Part shown: one piece after another, positions 55,698 to 64,000 of the stretch | How the letters are laid out: each line of letters opens with the position of its first letter | Numbering within the stretch: the stretch's first letter is position 1 | IMG/VR virus record: IMGVR_UViG_3300027891_000004 | Span: 64,001 to 128,000 of that record | Length of the DNA stretch: 64,000 nucleotides | Strand: one strand, 5' to 3' | Origin: a virus | Taxonomy: Duplodnaviria; Caudoviricetes | Translations under genes and position numbers: made by a program | Notes under the pieces: model-generated | What the model was told of the DNA's origin: nothing | Seen by the model: only the letters and a program-made list of their open reading frames with translations | Databases searched by the model: none

Positions 55698-56422
55698 TTG
55701 TGCGTGAGGAAGAGTTCCAACAGATGCTTTGATTTGTTAATGAACCGTTGCATATTTGAAAAATGTTTCAGTAGTATCGTCGATTCTTTCTTTATCTCAT
55801 CTACTTTTTCTGGGTTTGCGAGCGCTTCGCCGAACCCGTTAAACAGTGCGTGCCAATCTTCATACAAAGTTTCGGCATTCTTAAAATAAGACAATACGTC
55901 ATTTACGGCTGTCTTGGTTCGCTTCTTTGTTTTAACGGATTCCCGGTCGCAGCTCGCACATTTTTGCAAACGGTGCAATATCAAACTTTTCAACTGCGGC
56001 AAACTATACTGCCTTTTGACGAGTTGCTTTTCAATTTCTTTGCGTATTGACGACAATTCTGGCTTGCCTAGTTTTTCCGTGATTGTGCGTAAATGCCCCC
56101 AAAGGACTGTAACGCCGTGCTTGCTTGCGGCTGCGTCTAGCCGCTCAAATTCATCAAGCGTATACAATCTCGCAACATCCAAAATAGAATAAACAAAAGA
56201 TTTGAAAACGCCTGCCAATTTCGCCACCTTGAGAATAAAAGACGCCCCATACTCAGGCACACGATCTCTTAGTTTATCCGCAAACAAAAAGTTTTCTCGA
56301 ACTTTGTGCAAAGCAGACGTGCGAGCGCACGTGTACAGAAGCCAGGCAATATCTTTTTCCAATTCGGTCGCCGAGTCCCATAGCCGTTCTCTCTTTTTAT
56401 CCTCTGAAAAAATATAATCCAT
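55694..56422 (-). CDS. Hypothetical protein
   Basis: Lies between the portal and head morphogenesis genes. Confidence 0.6.
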   Translation of the reverse strand: MDYIFSEDKKRERLWDSATELEKDIAWLLYTCARTSALHKVRENFLFADKLRDRVPEYGASFILKVAKLAGVFKSFVYSILDVARLYTLDEFERLDAAASKHGVTVLWGHLRTITEKLGKPELSSIRKEIEKQLVKRQYSLPQLKSLILHRLQKCASCDRESVKTKKRTKTAVNDVLSYFKNAETLYEDWHALFNGFGEALANPEKVDEIKKESTILLKHFSNMQRFINKSKHLLELFLTHK

Positions 56423-56425
56423 AAT

Positions 56426-57958
56426 TTAGAATCCCATGTCGCTTAAGCCTCCCGTACTCGCACCACCTGACATATTAGGCGCGAGACTGGCGGCTTCTTT
56501 TTCTGCTGCTTCTGATTTGTTCTGTTCGGCACGCCGCGTAATCGTTCTAGCTTTCGTTTCCGACATATCGCAAAATTCCATAAGAAACGTAACGGGATCA
56601 TAAAAACGATCCAAATTGGATGCGTAGAACTTTTCAAGGAACTCAATTTGCTTGGCCCTTACCTCGTATATCTCCGTCCGGGTATCTATAGACAAATCGG
56701 GCCATTCAACTGAAAAATCATTGTTAAACGGATTTGGAACAATCCCGAACGTAACAAGACGTTGGACAACTGGCTTAATAAGGAAGGGGGTCAGATACGA
56801 TTCCTGCCGTTCCATGAGTCGTTTCTTCCAAATCACGGCATCCTGCGTAGAGGCCAACTCGCCGCGTTCGGAACCCATCAAAATACGAGCCGGGCACCCA
56901 AGTCCGATAGCAATTTGGTTTATGCAAACTTCGACATGTCCGGTAGGGTCGGCGTATGAAGACGACAACTGGTTTACGGTCGCGTTCTTAAGGGCCATCC
57001 ACCGCTGGAACTGGTTCTCGAACAATTCGACCTGCCGTTGGATTTCCGGGATGTCCAATTGAACGGTGTTGAGCAGGTTATCTGTAGCCTGTATAATGTA
57101 TCCGGGGTACGCGCCTTTGTAAAACATCTCGCCTGACGAACCGAAAATCTTCATCAGATCGAGGCACGCATTGTAAACGAGCTTCAACCGGGGCACGCCG
57201 ATTATCTCCGAAATTTCACGATTATCCGCGATGTGGACCACGCGAGTCCAATGTATCTCTTGCGTGGAAAGATCGACATGCCCGCCAGAAAACTCAACAT
57301 TAGGCGATTGGGCCTGGATACGGTACATTGTCGGATGCCCGTACCTTTGGCTATTCCGACGAATTTCTGATTCTACAATATCCACCTGCGATTCCGGAAA
57401 CGCACGTAAATACCCCAATTCATATTTTACGCCATCTTCGATGGTTACGGGTTCGTTCATCGGCTTGCCATCGTTTATCCCAATAATAAGTATCCCGTAA
57501 CTACCGATCCCGGAAAGTATATCGGCCCGGCGAAGCCAGCCCCATATATTATGTTTGCTAAAAACGGCGTCAATCTCTCTTTTAAAATCGCTATCGGCTG
57601 GCGCGTTAGAATCGAGAATAGTAGGGCGAGTCTGCCAGCATTCAAGCGGGTACAACTGAACCACGCGGTGCGCGATAGGGTTCCGGTCATACATATCTTG
57701 GTAATCAAACTTAGAGATCATTTGCGGATAGCCGAACTGGCTCGCGTAATCTCTATTGAGAGGATTGGTATTTACCTCGCCGCCGAACCCGCCGCCCATA
57801 GCCATACGACGACGGAATAGCTGTTGCATAGCGTCGTTCATAACGGAAACACTTTTTGTTTCCGGTTCTTTGTTTGTACTTACGTAAGGGGCAATCTCCA
57901 ATTCGTGCGAACCTCGCCTAGTGTCCGAATCGATCCCGTGGCTTATAACGTTGTTCAT
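56426..57958 (-). CDS. Portal protein (DUF1073-like)
   Basis: FGYP, YDRNPIAHRVV..YP..CW, YGHPTMY, IHWTRVVH, PARILMGSERGELASTQD, VEWPDL. Confidence 0.9.
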   Translation of the reverse strand: MNNVISHGIDSDTRRGSHELEIAPYVSTNKEPETKSVSVMNDAMQQLFRRRMAMGGGFGGEVNTNPLNRDYASQFGYPQMISKFDYQDMYDRNPIAHRVVQLYPLECWQTRPTILDSNAPADSDFKREIDAVFSKHNIWGWLRRADILSGIGSYGILIIGINDGKPMNEPVTIEDGVKYELGYLRAFPESQVDIVESEIRRNSQRYGHPTMYRIQAQSPNVEFSGGHVDLSTQEIHWTRVVHIADNREISEIIGVPRLKLVYNACLDLMKIFGSSGEMFYKGAYPGYIIQATDNLLNTVQLDIPEIQRQVELFENQFQRWMALKNATVNQLSSSYADPTGHVEVCINQIAIGLGCPARILMGSERGELASTQDAVIWKKRLMERQESYLTPFLIKPVVQRLVTFGIVPNPFNNDFSVEWPDLSIDTRTEIYEVRAKQIEFLEKFYASNLDRFYDPVTFLMEFCDMSETKARTITRRAEQNKSEAAEKEAASLAPNMSGGASTGGLSDMGF

Positions 57959-58469
57959 TTCTTATGTCTGTTGGGCTGCGAGTATCGGGGTCTTGGACGC
58001 CTTTACGTTCGTAAATTCGAGACGCCTCATAATACAAAAGCGGGTTGTCAAAAGCAAACATGACGACAGGAAACATAGCGATCCCCTGGAACATATCATA
58101 TACAAATTCGTCGCCTGAAGTCGTTAAGTAACGAAAAAAAGTATGATAAGTATGTTTCAACGGCAAAATATGCTGTTTCGCAAACGACAAGAAATCAATA
58201 TACCTGATTTTGTCGGGAATGTAAAGATACGGAACATAAGATTCTGGTTCATACCCATCCGATAGCGTAGGAGTTCTCCTATACGTATTGTCCTCAAAAT
58301 AATTATACCACCAATTCCCTGCTTGACGGCGGAACACCACTGGTTGTCGTTGTATAGACCCGCTTCTTCTATACGGCTGGCGAAGTGAAACGCAAGTAAG
58401 CGGATGCCGATCTGCGATCTCATGCGCCTTCTCCCATGTCATGTGTTTTGTCAAAGGTATCCATGCCAT
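57918..58469 (-). CDS. Hypothetical protein
   Basis: ORF only. Confidence 0.5.
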   Translation of the reverse strand: MAWIPLTKHMTWEKAHEIADRHPLTCVSLRQPYRRSGSIQRQPVVFRRQAGNWWYNYFEDNTYRRTPTLSDGYEPESYVPYLYIPDKIRYIDFLSFAKQHILPLKHTYHTFFRYLTTSGDEFVYDMFQGIAMFPVVMFAFDNPLLYYEASRIYERKGVQDPDTRSPTDIRNEQRYKPRDRFGH

Positions 58470-58482
58470 AACTATTCAAAGT

Positions 58483-59382
58483 TCACTTGAAACATTTTAT
58501 ATAATTTCCCATAAGTAATTCCATGCTTTCGATATAATTTAGAATACCCGTTCGGCTATCTGTGATTGTCATGTCTTTCCAACAAAACCGCCCGCCGTCA
58601 ATGGGGCGAATCTTTTTCTTCGCAAGCAAAAACGAAAAAATCGCCTCAACGTTGCTGTACCCGTGATCCGCAAATATGGGGATAGGAATGGTGCGAAACT
58701 TGGGTTCTTTTGGACTTTTCAACACGGTAAGCGTCGTATCCACACCGATCTCGCGGTATTTCTTACCCACTTTTTCCGTTATACTCGACACGTACTCCGT
58801 CCTAAACAAATAATCGGCGTAAAACGGGACCGCGCTGCCCCCGGCGGCAACTTTCCGCTGTTCGGCAATCTTTTCCTGCGAACAAAACACCAAAATAGAA
58901 CCTGTCTCTCGAACCTTATCAAACGTCTCCTTCGCATTTTGATTGTTGACTTTCCAGCCATCGTCACCCTGCAGGCCATCAATCGAATCAAGGACATACA
59001 CAAAAGGGACCGGAATTTTCCGTATCCGGTCCCAAAACGTTGTATGCGTTTTGTCTTCCAAATGAACCACTCGCTTTTCAAGGACACTTCCGAACACGCG
59101 GCCTATCTTATGCCGTGCGCTCTCTGCATCATTAAGATAGAACCTATGCCGCCGAAACGAAGCATTCAAATTCGCCTCGGCAAAGAGCGTAAAAGCAAAA
59201 CAGGTCTTGCCGGAATCGGGCGGCCCGGTAATCCAAACGACGCTGCCCGCAGGAATACCGCATAGAGGTTCGCCGGACAGTGCCACGTTCAAAGTGGTAA
59301 GACCGGTAGAAAGCAAACAATGACCAAACGGGGTCTCCTTTTCGTTTGCCGATTCTTTCAACATCGCGGATACAAGATTCAT
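58483..59382 (-). CDS. RecA/UvsX-like recombinase
   Basis: LSTGLTTLNVALSG...GIP, GPPDSGKT, DAE, VLDSID, GGSAVPFYA. Confidence 0.85.
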   Translation of the reverse strand: MNLVSAMLKESANEKETPFGHCLLSTGLTTLNVALSGEPLCGIPAGSVVWITGPPDSGKTCFAFTLFAEANLNASFRRHRFYLNDAESARHKIGRVFGSVLEKRVVHLEDKTHTTFWDRIRKIPVPFVYVLDSIDGLQGDDGWKVNNQNAKETFDKVRETGSILVFCSQEKIAEQRKVAAGGSAVPFYADYLFRTEYVSSITEKVGKKYREIGVDTTLTVLKSPKEPKFRTIPIPIFADHGYSNVEAIFSFLLAKKKIRPIDGGRFCWKDMTITDSRTGILNYIESMELLMGNYIKCFK

Positions 59383-59837
59383 GTCTGTTCGTTTTGAAAA
59401 GCGTTTTTGAAGTAACTCGACAACAACACTCGCTCGCTCAGCTTTTCGCCACGTTTGTTATGGAACGCCCATTCTTTTTCTTTCGTCCAAACATAAAGGT
59501 ATTCCGTAACCAAAAAAGAGTTTCGGAGCCATTCTAAAAAATCCTGCTCAGACTCCAAATCATAAACAGACAAAGAATCGCCGCGATCACGGTGATAGGC
59601 CACTGTTGTATCTTTCGCGGGATCAACAAAAGAATGCGGAACGCCGGGCTGAGGTTCGATATACCTGCCTAACGACGACAGACATCCGAGGCACAACAAC
59701 CGGTCAATAATTTCGTCGTTTGTGTAAAAATTGAGTAGCGTATGCCCAACGCCTTTTGGGCCTCCGTCCCAATGGCTGTAGATAACCCTATACGAGCCAT
59801 CATTATTTTCCTTACTTATTAAACAACGTGTAGCCAT
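59379..59837 (-). CDS. Phage hypothetical protein (Y-x-HWDG family)
   Basis: MATRCLI...IYSHWDGGP..VG..LL..Y...AYHRDRG. Confidence 0.75.
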   Translation of the reverse strand: MATRCLISKENNDGSYRVIYSHWDGGPKGVGHTLLNFYTNDEIIDRLLCLGCLSSLGRYIEPQPGVPHSFVDPAKDTTVAYHRDRGDSLSVYDLESEQDFLEWLRNSFLVTEYLYVWTKEKEWAFHNKRGEKLSERVLLSSYFKNAFQNEQT

Positions 59838-59946
59838 AATGGTGCGAGTGTGAAAAAGGGCGAAAAATGATCCAAGCTGTTGCCACGATGGACAAGGATG
59901 GCACGGCAACTCACCGCCAGACTGGATCAGGACATTTCGGTGGTAG

Positions 59947-60159
59947 CTATCGTTTGGTCGGCGTTTGTTCTTTTTGCTTAGCCGATTCGAGCGGCCCGTA
60001 AACCTCCTGCATCGCCTCCAACAATGCGGCATTCGATTTCCGATGGTCGCCCAAACGACGGATATCGCCGGACATACCGATCTGGTACATTGTGAACTCT
60101 TGCAAATGATTCAAACAAAGGGCCATCGCCAACAGTAATTTCTTTTCTGATTCGGACAT
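59947..60159 (-). CDS. Small hypothetical protein
   Basis: ORF overlapping the tail of the phosphoesterase ORF. Confidence 0.45.
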   Translation of the reverse strand: MSESEKKLLLAMALCLNHLQEFTMYQIGMSGDIRRLGDHRKSNAALLEAMQEVYGPLESAKQKEQTPTKR

Positions 60160-60451
60160 GGTGGGAAATATGGTTACAAAATATATGCCGATTTATGTTG
60201 AAAAACAAATCATTATCCGGGAAGTATTTGGCTGGACGCAGGCTATCGTGGTTCCCCAGCGTACAAAAAATAGGCGCATTGGCGTGGTGTGCGGCGTAGG
60301 GCAAAAGGTCGCAAAAGCGGTTCAGGACCGAATGGGCCGTAATATCGCCCGCGATCAAAATAACATCGGCCTTCGCCTGCCGCGCCATACCCGACGCCTT
60401 CAGCAGGGCGACCGACGACCCGTGAATATCCGCCACACAAACGCATCTCAT
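59978..60451 (-). pseudogene. Metallophosphoesterase, apparently truncated
   Basis: DIHG, AGDI and GNHD present; later His motifs not recognisable; last third overlaps another ORF. Confidence 0.6.
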
Positions 60452-60529
60452 CCAATTTATCCCGTGTTACTCGCGTTGAAAAAGGGCGCACTCCAAAACG
60501 TTGATTGGAATGCGCCACGAAAACAAAAA

Positions 60530-61480
60530 TTACCATTCGTCGTCATCTGACTCAACAGGCGTACTGTAGGCTGACGGCGGCTCATCGTCATCCTCAGATT
60601 CGGCCATCGGCGGCTCTTCGGGTTCGACGGGCGGGCGAGTGGCGGGCTTAGACGCCGTTTTAACAATTGGGTTATATCCGTTTGCCGGATCGAACGGAGC
60701 CGGTTCTTCCTCGTCCGTTTTTTCGGGTGTTGCGTCGAACATCTTCTTGAGTTCATCGTAGGATAGAACAGTAAACGTCTTAGAAAGATCGGGCAACACG
60801 TCACACATTTCATAGGTAAGCTGGTACGGCTTACCGTCATCGCCGATACGGGTCTTGAAATCAACCTGTTCAACGGCCATATACGGATTCCTACCCGCCA
60901 ATTGTTTCTCTTTCAAAAGCACCTTTACCGTATACCCTTTCAACGGGTCAGCATAAAGATGCCAATTCTTTTCGGACGGGTCTGTTTTGTCGCGTTCTCG
61001 GACTCTCGTTTCCAACTTGCTCCCAAAGCTATAATCAGCCTGCTCCAGGATAGCGACTTTCCCTTTTAATTCGGGGTTCCCGTCGCGTGGGATCACGTAA
61101 TACAACTGCCGCTTCTGCGCCCGCAGTTTCTTCCACTGTTCCGCCTCGCCGCGTGGCAACGCGCGTGCCGCTTCACAAATGGGGCACGGCTTACCGAACT
61201 GGGCCTCCAAACAAATCACCCACGTTTCCATATTATTGTGTATATGGTACGAGAAGTGTGGCACCGCTTCCGGGCCATTCTCGGTTTCCATTATGAACGG
61301 CAAAATATCAAACTTAGCGGATGTTGCGTCTTTCGAGAAGATATACTTTTTATACCCTTCGGGCATCGTATACACGCCCTTGAATCCCCTGTTTGAGGAT
61401 TCCTGCCTTTTTTCGGCTTCCATACGGGCTTCCGCGTTTACGGGCTTGCTCCAACGTCGATTCTGTTCTTGTTTATTCAT
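60530..61480 (-). CDS. Single-stranded DNA-binding protein (T4 gp32-like)
   Basis: FDILPF, H...ICL...GKPCPICE, ADPLKG, acidic tail ESDDDEW. Confidence 0.8.
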   Translation of the reverse strand: MNKQEQNRRWSKPVNAEARMEAEKRQESSNRGFKGVYTMPEGYKKYIFSKDATSAKFDILPFIMETENGPEAVPHFSYHIHNNMETWVICLEAQFGKPCPICEAARALPRGEAEQWKKLRAQKRQLYYVIPRDGNPELKGKVAILEQADYSFGSKLETRVRERDKTDPSEKNWHLYADPLKGYTVKVLLKEKQLAGRNPYMAVEQVDFKTRIGDDGKPYQLTYEMCDVLPDLSKTFTVLSYDELKKMFDATPEKTDEEEPAPFDPANGYNPIVKTASKPATRPPVEPEEPPMAESEDDDEPPSAYSTPVESDDDEW

Positions 61481-61516
61481 TGGTATTTATTGATATAAGT
61501 TGATCTGTGTTGAAAT

Positions 61517-62041
61517 CTAATGGGATGAGGCCCTGCCGTAGTAGGCGATCAAAGCCGCCTCCGCCCGGTCGGGCATGATTATTTTTTTCCCTTTCTTGCA
61601 CGCCCGTTCAAACAGGCTGGCCGAGTCGGGAAATAACTCTTTCGCTTTACAAACGCTTTCCATTTTCTCCCTCCGTTTTTTCGGATGGTATAAATCTGGA
61701 AACGATTTGAGCCATGTACTAGGCTCAACTCCCCGGAACGGGATGTTTGCGGTTTCAAACGCACACCGGAAAACTCCGTATGATTCGTGCGTGGACATCG
61801 TGGTCTGGATATGGAACCCGCGACCGGCAAATATAGGTTTCTCACATACGCATAACGCCACCTCCTTCCGCTTAAGTTTCCAAGCGATCCAATCGTTTAC
61901 CAAACGCGGGTTCGCCGAACATTTCGACGCGCCGGTACTGTCATAAAAAACGCTGATATCGAAGACATCAAGTGAATTGTCGTCGTACAACAGCGCGACA
62001 GCACCCGATTTTCCGGGATCGATACCTACGTATACTGACAT
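61517..62041 (-). CDS. RuvC-like Holliday junction resolvase
   Basis: VGIDPGKSGAVA, CEKP, VEPSTW, DRAEAALIAYY. Confidence 0.85.
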   Translation of the reverse strand: MSVYVGIDPGKSGAVALLYDDNSLDVFDISVFYDSTGASKCSANPRLVNDWIAWKLKRKEVALCVCEKPIFAGRGFHIQTTMSTHESYGVFRCAFETANIPFRGVEPSTWLKSFPDLYHPKKRREKMESVCKAKELFPDSASLFERACKKGKKIIMPDRAEAALIAYYGRASSH

Positions 62042-62068
62042 GGTATATGCCGTTATTGAAAGAGTATT

Positions 62069-62803
62069 TTAAGAAAAAGCAGATAAATAATCGGCAATTA
62101 TTTTAGCAGGTATCCCGTAGTTTGTCAAACGTATACGCACTTCTTTTAAAAGATACTCGTTGTTTATAACGGCGGTATAAACATGCGTACGGTTCCAATC
62201 CCGCCACGCCAGAAAATGCCGGGTCACATACTCTCGCGTATCGCCAAAATACTCACGCACGCGGCGTCGGACGTTTTCAGGAATACCAGATTCGTCCCAT
62301 TTTTTCAAAAATGCTCGCAAATTAAAAAGCGACTGGCTCACGGCAGTTACCAAATCTTCCCAATCGCAAACCCAACGTTCAATCTTTAACGATTTGAGTA
62401 CCGTTTGCAGTTCTTCCTCAGGGATAGGGCGACACGTTCTTTCGTACCTGCTCTCCAAATAGGTAAAATCCTCGAGAAACGAATCGGCTGTGGTATGCGC
62501 CCAACCTTTATTAAGACGCCAGTTTTTAACATAGAAATCAAAAACCGCGTCTACCTTTTCAAGCGGGACATTCGCAGAAAAACGGTCAAAACTACGCGCC
62601 CAATCGTCAAGCATTTGCGGCGGATTTTTCGTGTCCGGCACACGGTTTACAGTGAAGCGCACAAAATCCCATAGTTTTTGTGCAAGCCGTCTTGCAGTGG
62701 CGGTGGGTTCTTTCTTTTTGTATGCAAACATGAAATTTGGTGTGATGGCTTTTGTAGGTATGCCAACTTTCGATGAAAAAACAAGGTAAACGTCAAAACG
62801 CAT
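62069..62803 (-). CDS. Hypothetical protein (possibly replication-related)
   Basis: ORF in the replication cluster. Confidence 0.5.
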   Translation of the reverse strand: MRFDVYLVFSSKVGIPTKAITPNFMFAYKKKEPTATARRLAQKLWDFVRFTVNRVPDTKNPPQMLDDWARSFDRFSANVPLEKVDAVFDFYVKNWRLNKGWAHTTADSFLEDFTYLESRYERTCRPIPEEELQTVLKSLKIERWVCDWEDLVTAVSQSLFNLRAFLKKWDESGIPENVRRRVREYFGDTREYVTRHFLAWRDWNRTHVYTAVINNEYLLKEVRIRLTNYGIPAKIIADYLSAFS

Positions 62804-62903
62804 GGAAAATTCGCTAGTGCGCCCGATTCCCAAAGTTTACGGATTTATGATATAATGCGGTGGAAGCTGTACTTCAACTGCAAACTTTAACTCGCAAGTA
62901 GAC

Positions 62904-63479
62904 ATGCAAAAGCTAGCCGATCTTCACGTTTTCGAGGGACTTCAACGCGATGCGCACGCACAAATGAATCTATCGCATTTCGCTGTTTTCAACGACTACA
63001 GCGACGCGGAAAAGCAAGAGCGTTCCGCAAGAATAAAGCAGGAGATAGAACAGATAAATCAGGAAATAGGTAAATTGGAAACTGAGGCCCCACAGGCATT
63101 GGCAAAAATGAGAGCGGGATACGATGCGGCAATGGAAGCGTTGGGGCCTATCCCGCGCGGGACAGGTTGGGACGGCGCTGAGGAACGACAGTACCGCGAT
63201 AAGATGAAACAAAAGGCACAAGAAAAACACAACGAAATATACGAATGGCCACTACGAGAAATGAGGGATAGGACTGATTCGCTACACGCGCGTATAAAAG
63301 AAATACGCGACAACGATCCAGAGGGACGGTATGCAGTTCCGTGTTTTGCGATAGAGGACAAACTCAACAAATTTGAAACTCAAATAAGAACAGCTGTTGA
63401 AGCAGACGAACGAAAGAAGATGGGTTTCAATGATTTCAAAGGATACCAAAACATGTCCGCTATGGCGGCGTTTCAATAG
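62904..63479 (+). CDS. Leader-family protein, cargo type C
   Basis: MQKLADLHVFEGLQRDAHAQMNLSHFAVFN; ends NMSAMAAFQ. Confidence 0.85.
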   Translation: MQKLADLHVFEGLQRDAHAQMNLSHFAVFNDYSDAEKQERSARIKQEIEQINQEIGKLETEAPQALAKMRAGYDAAMEALGPIPRGTGWDGAEERQYRDKMKQKAQEKHNEIYEWPLREMRDRTDSLHARIKEIRDNDPEGRYAVPCFAIEDKLNKFETQIRTAVEADERKKMGFNDFKGYQNMSAMAAFQ

Positions 63480-63783
63480 CCTCCTTTGAAATGCCTGTCC
63501 CGCCCAATAGATCATCAATATAGGCAACAAGGTGCATTTCAAAAAACATATAGCCTGTAAAATTACTATTGCGTTTCAACGCGTGTTCCCATTCATTATA
63601 CCGCGTTAAAAAATCGTCATGGGCCAACAAATACGAAATATCGCTTTTCAAGCAACGAATATCCATTTTTTCCAAGTCCAACTCTTCCTGTAGCGCTCGC
63701 CTCCATTCTTGCCGTTGTTCTTCAGGCTGGAATGGTCCCTTGTAGGGCGCGCCTCTTATTGCTCGATCTATCTGCGATTTCAT
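63460..63783 (-). CDS. Convergent partner of type C leader gene 62904
   Basis: EEQRQEWRRALQEEL...FFEMHLVAYIDDLLGGTGI. Confidence 0.75.
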   Translation of the reverse strand: MKSQIDRAIRGAPYKGPFQPEEQRQEWRRALQEELDLEKMDIRCLKSDISYLLAHDDFLTRYNEWEHALKRNSNFTGYMFFEMHLVAYIDDLLGGTGISKEAIETPP

Positions 63784-63967
63784 GGCTTATTTCTGTGATG
63801 ACTCAAACAAGTGCAAACAACATTGGATGAAAAACAATATGCCAAAAAAGCGAGAAAAAGCAACATAGTCGCCTCATTTTTATTTTCAACGGTACTTATT
63901 CTTTTTCCGTCTGTACTGACTTTCATAGGTTTCCCGCTCGTACCCGGACGTATCTTCCTTCAAAACT

Positions 63968-63981
63968 CCGCCACGTGGCGG
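63968..63981. repeat. Dispersed palindrome copy
   Basis: CCGCCACGTGGCGG. Confidence 0.85.
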
Positions 63982-64000
63982 GCTTTCTACCGGTGCCGGA

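Noticed and set aside
56426-57958. Anti-CBASS Acb1 label sometimes attached to DUF1073 proteins
   Set aside because: Only the portal domain is evident; no fused 2H-phosphoesterase domain was recognised.
1-64000. Stop-codon recoding (alternative genetic code)
   Set aside because: Conserved genes read full length in the standard code, and TAG, TGA and TAA all terminate credible genes.

Overview
This window is 64 kb of a large tailed dsDNA phage (Caudoviricetes). The long tape measure and absence of a recognisable sheath gene suggest a siphovirus. No integrase, terminase or host housekeeping genes are visible, and most genes lie on the minus strand. Recognisable virion genes (tape measure, two tail chaperone paralogs, head-tail joining proteins, DUF2213 prohead protease, major capsid, tail tube, decoration, scaffold-like proteins, head morphogenesis protein, portal) are scattered across the whole window rather than clustered. 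They are mixed with replication/recombination genes (primase, RecA-like, gp32-like SSB, RuvC-like), a sigma factor, RtcB with a tRNA(CAT), an IbrA/IbrB pair and a solitary HsdR_N nuclease. The most striking feature is a family of at least 21 small genes sharing a 25-45 aa N-terminal leader (consensus roughly M-[QE]-K-L-A-D-I-S-x-F-E-x-L...M-S-[VAC]-F-[NQ], often followed by V-x-N) fused to unrelated C-terminal cargo domains. The cargoes include a DUF4160 domain and, behind a more degenerate leader, a HigB-like toxin domain. Leaders and cargoes are visibly shuffled, many are coupled to a dedicated partner gene, 11 lie directly behind the prohead protease, and the V-x-N motif is heavily repeated in the scaffold-like head protein. 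My hypothesis is a modular capsid-targeting leader system that packages diverse effectors into the virion. Also present are a dispersed CCCGCCACGTGGCGGG palindrome in both coding and intergenic DNA, a candidate double-pseudoknot ncRNA, several repeated promoter motifs and two IS200/IS605-like end hairpins. All family assignments come from motif recognition by eye, not database searches.
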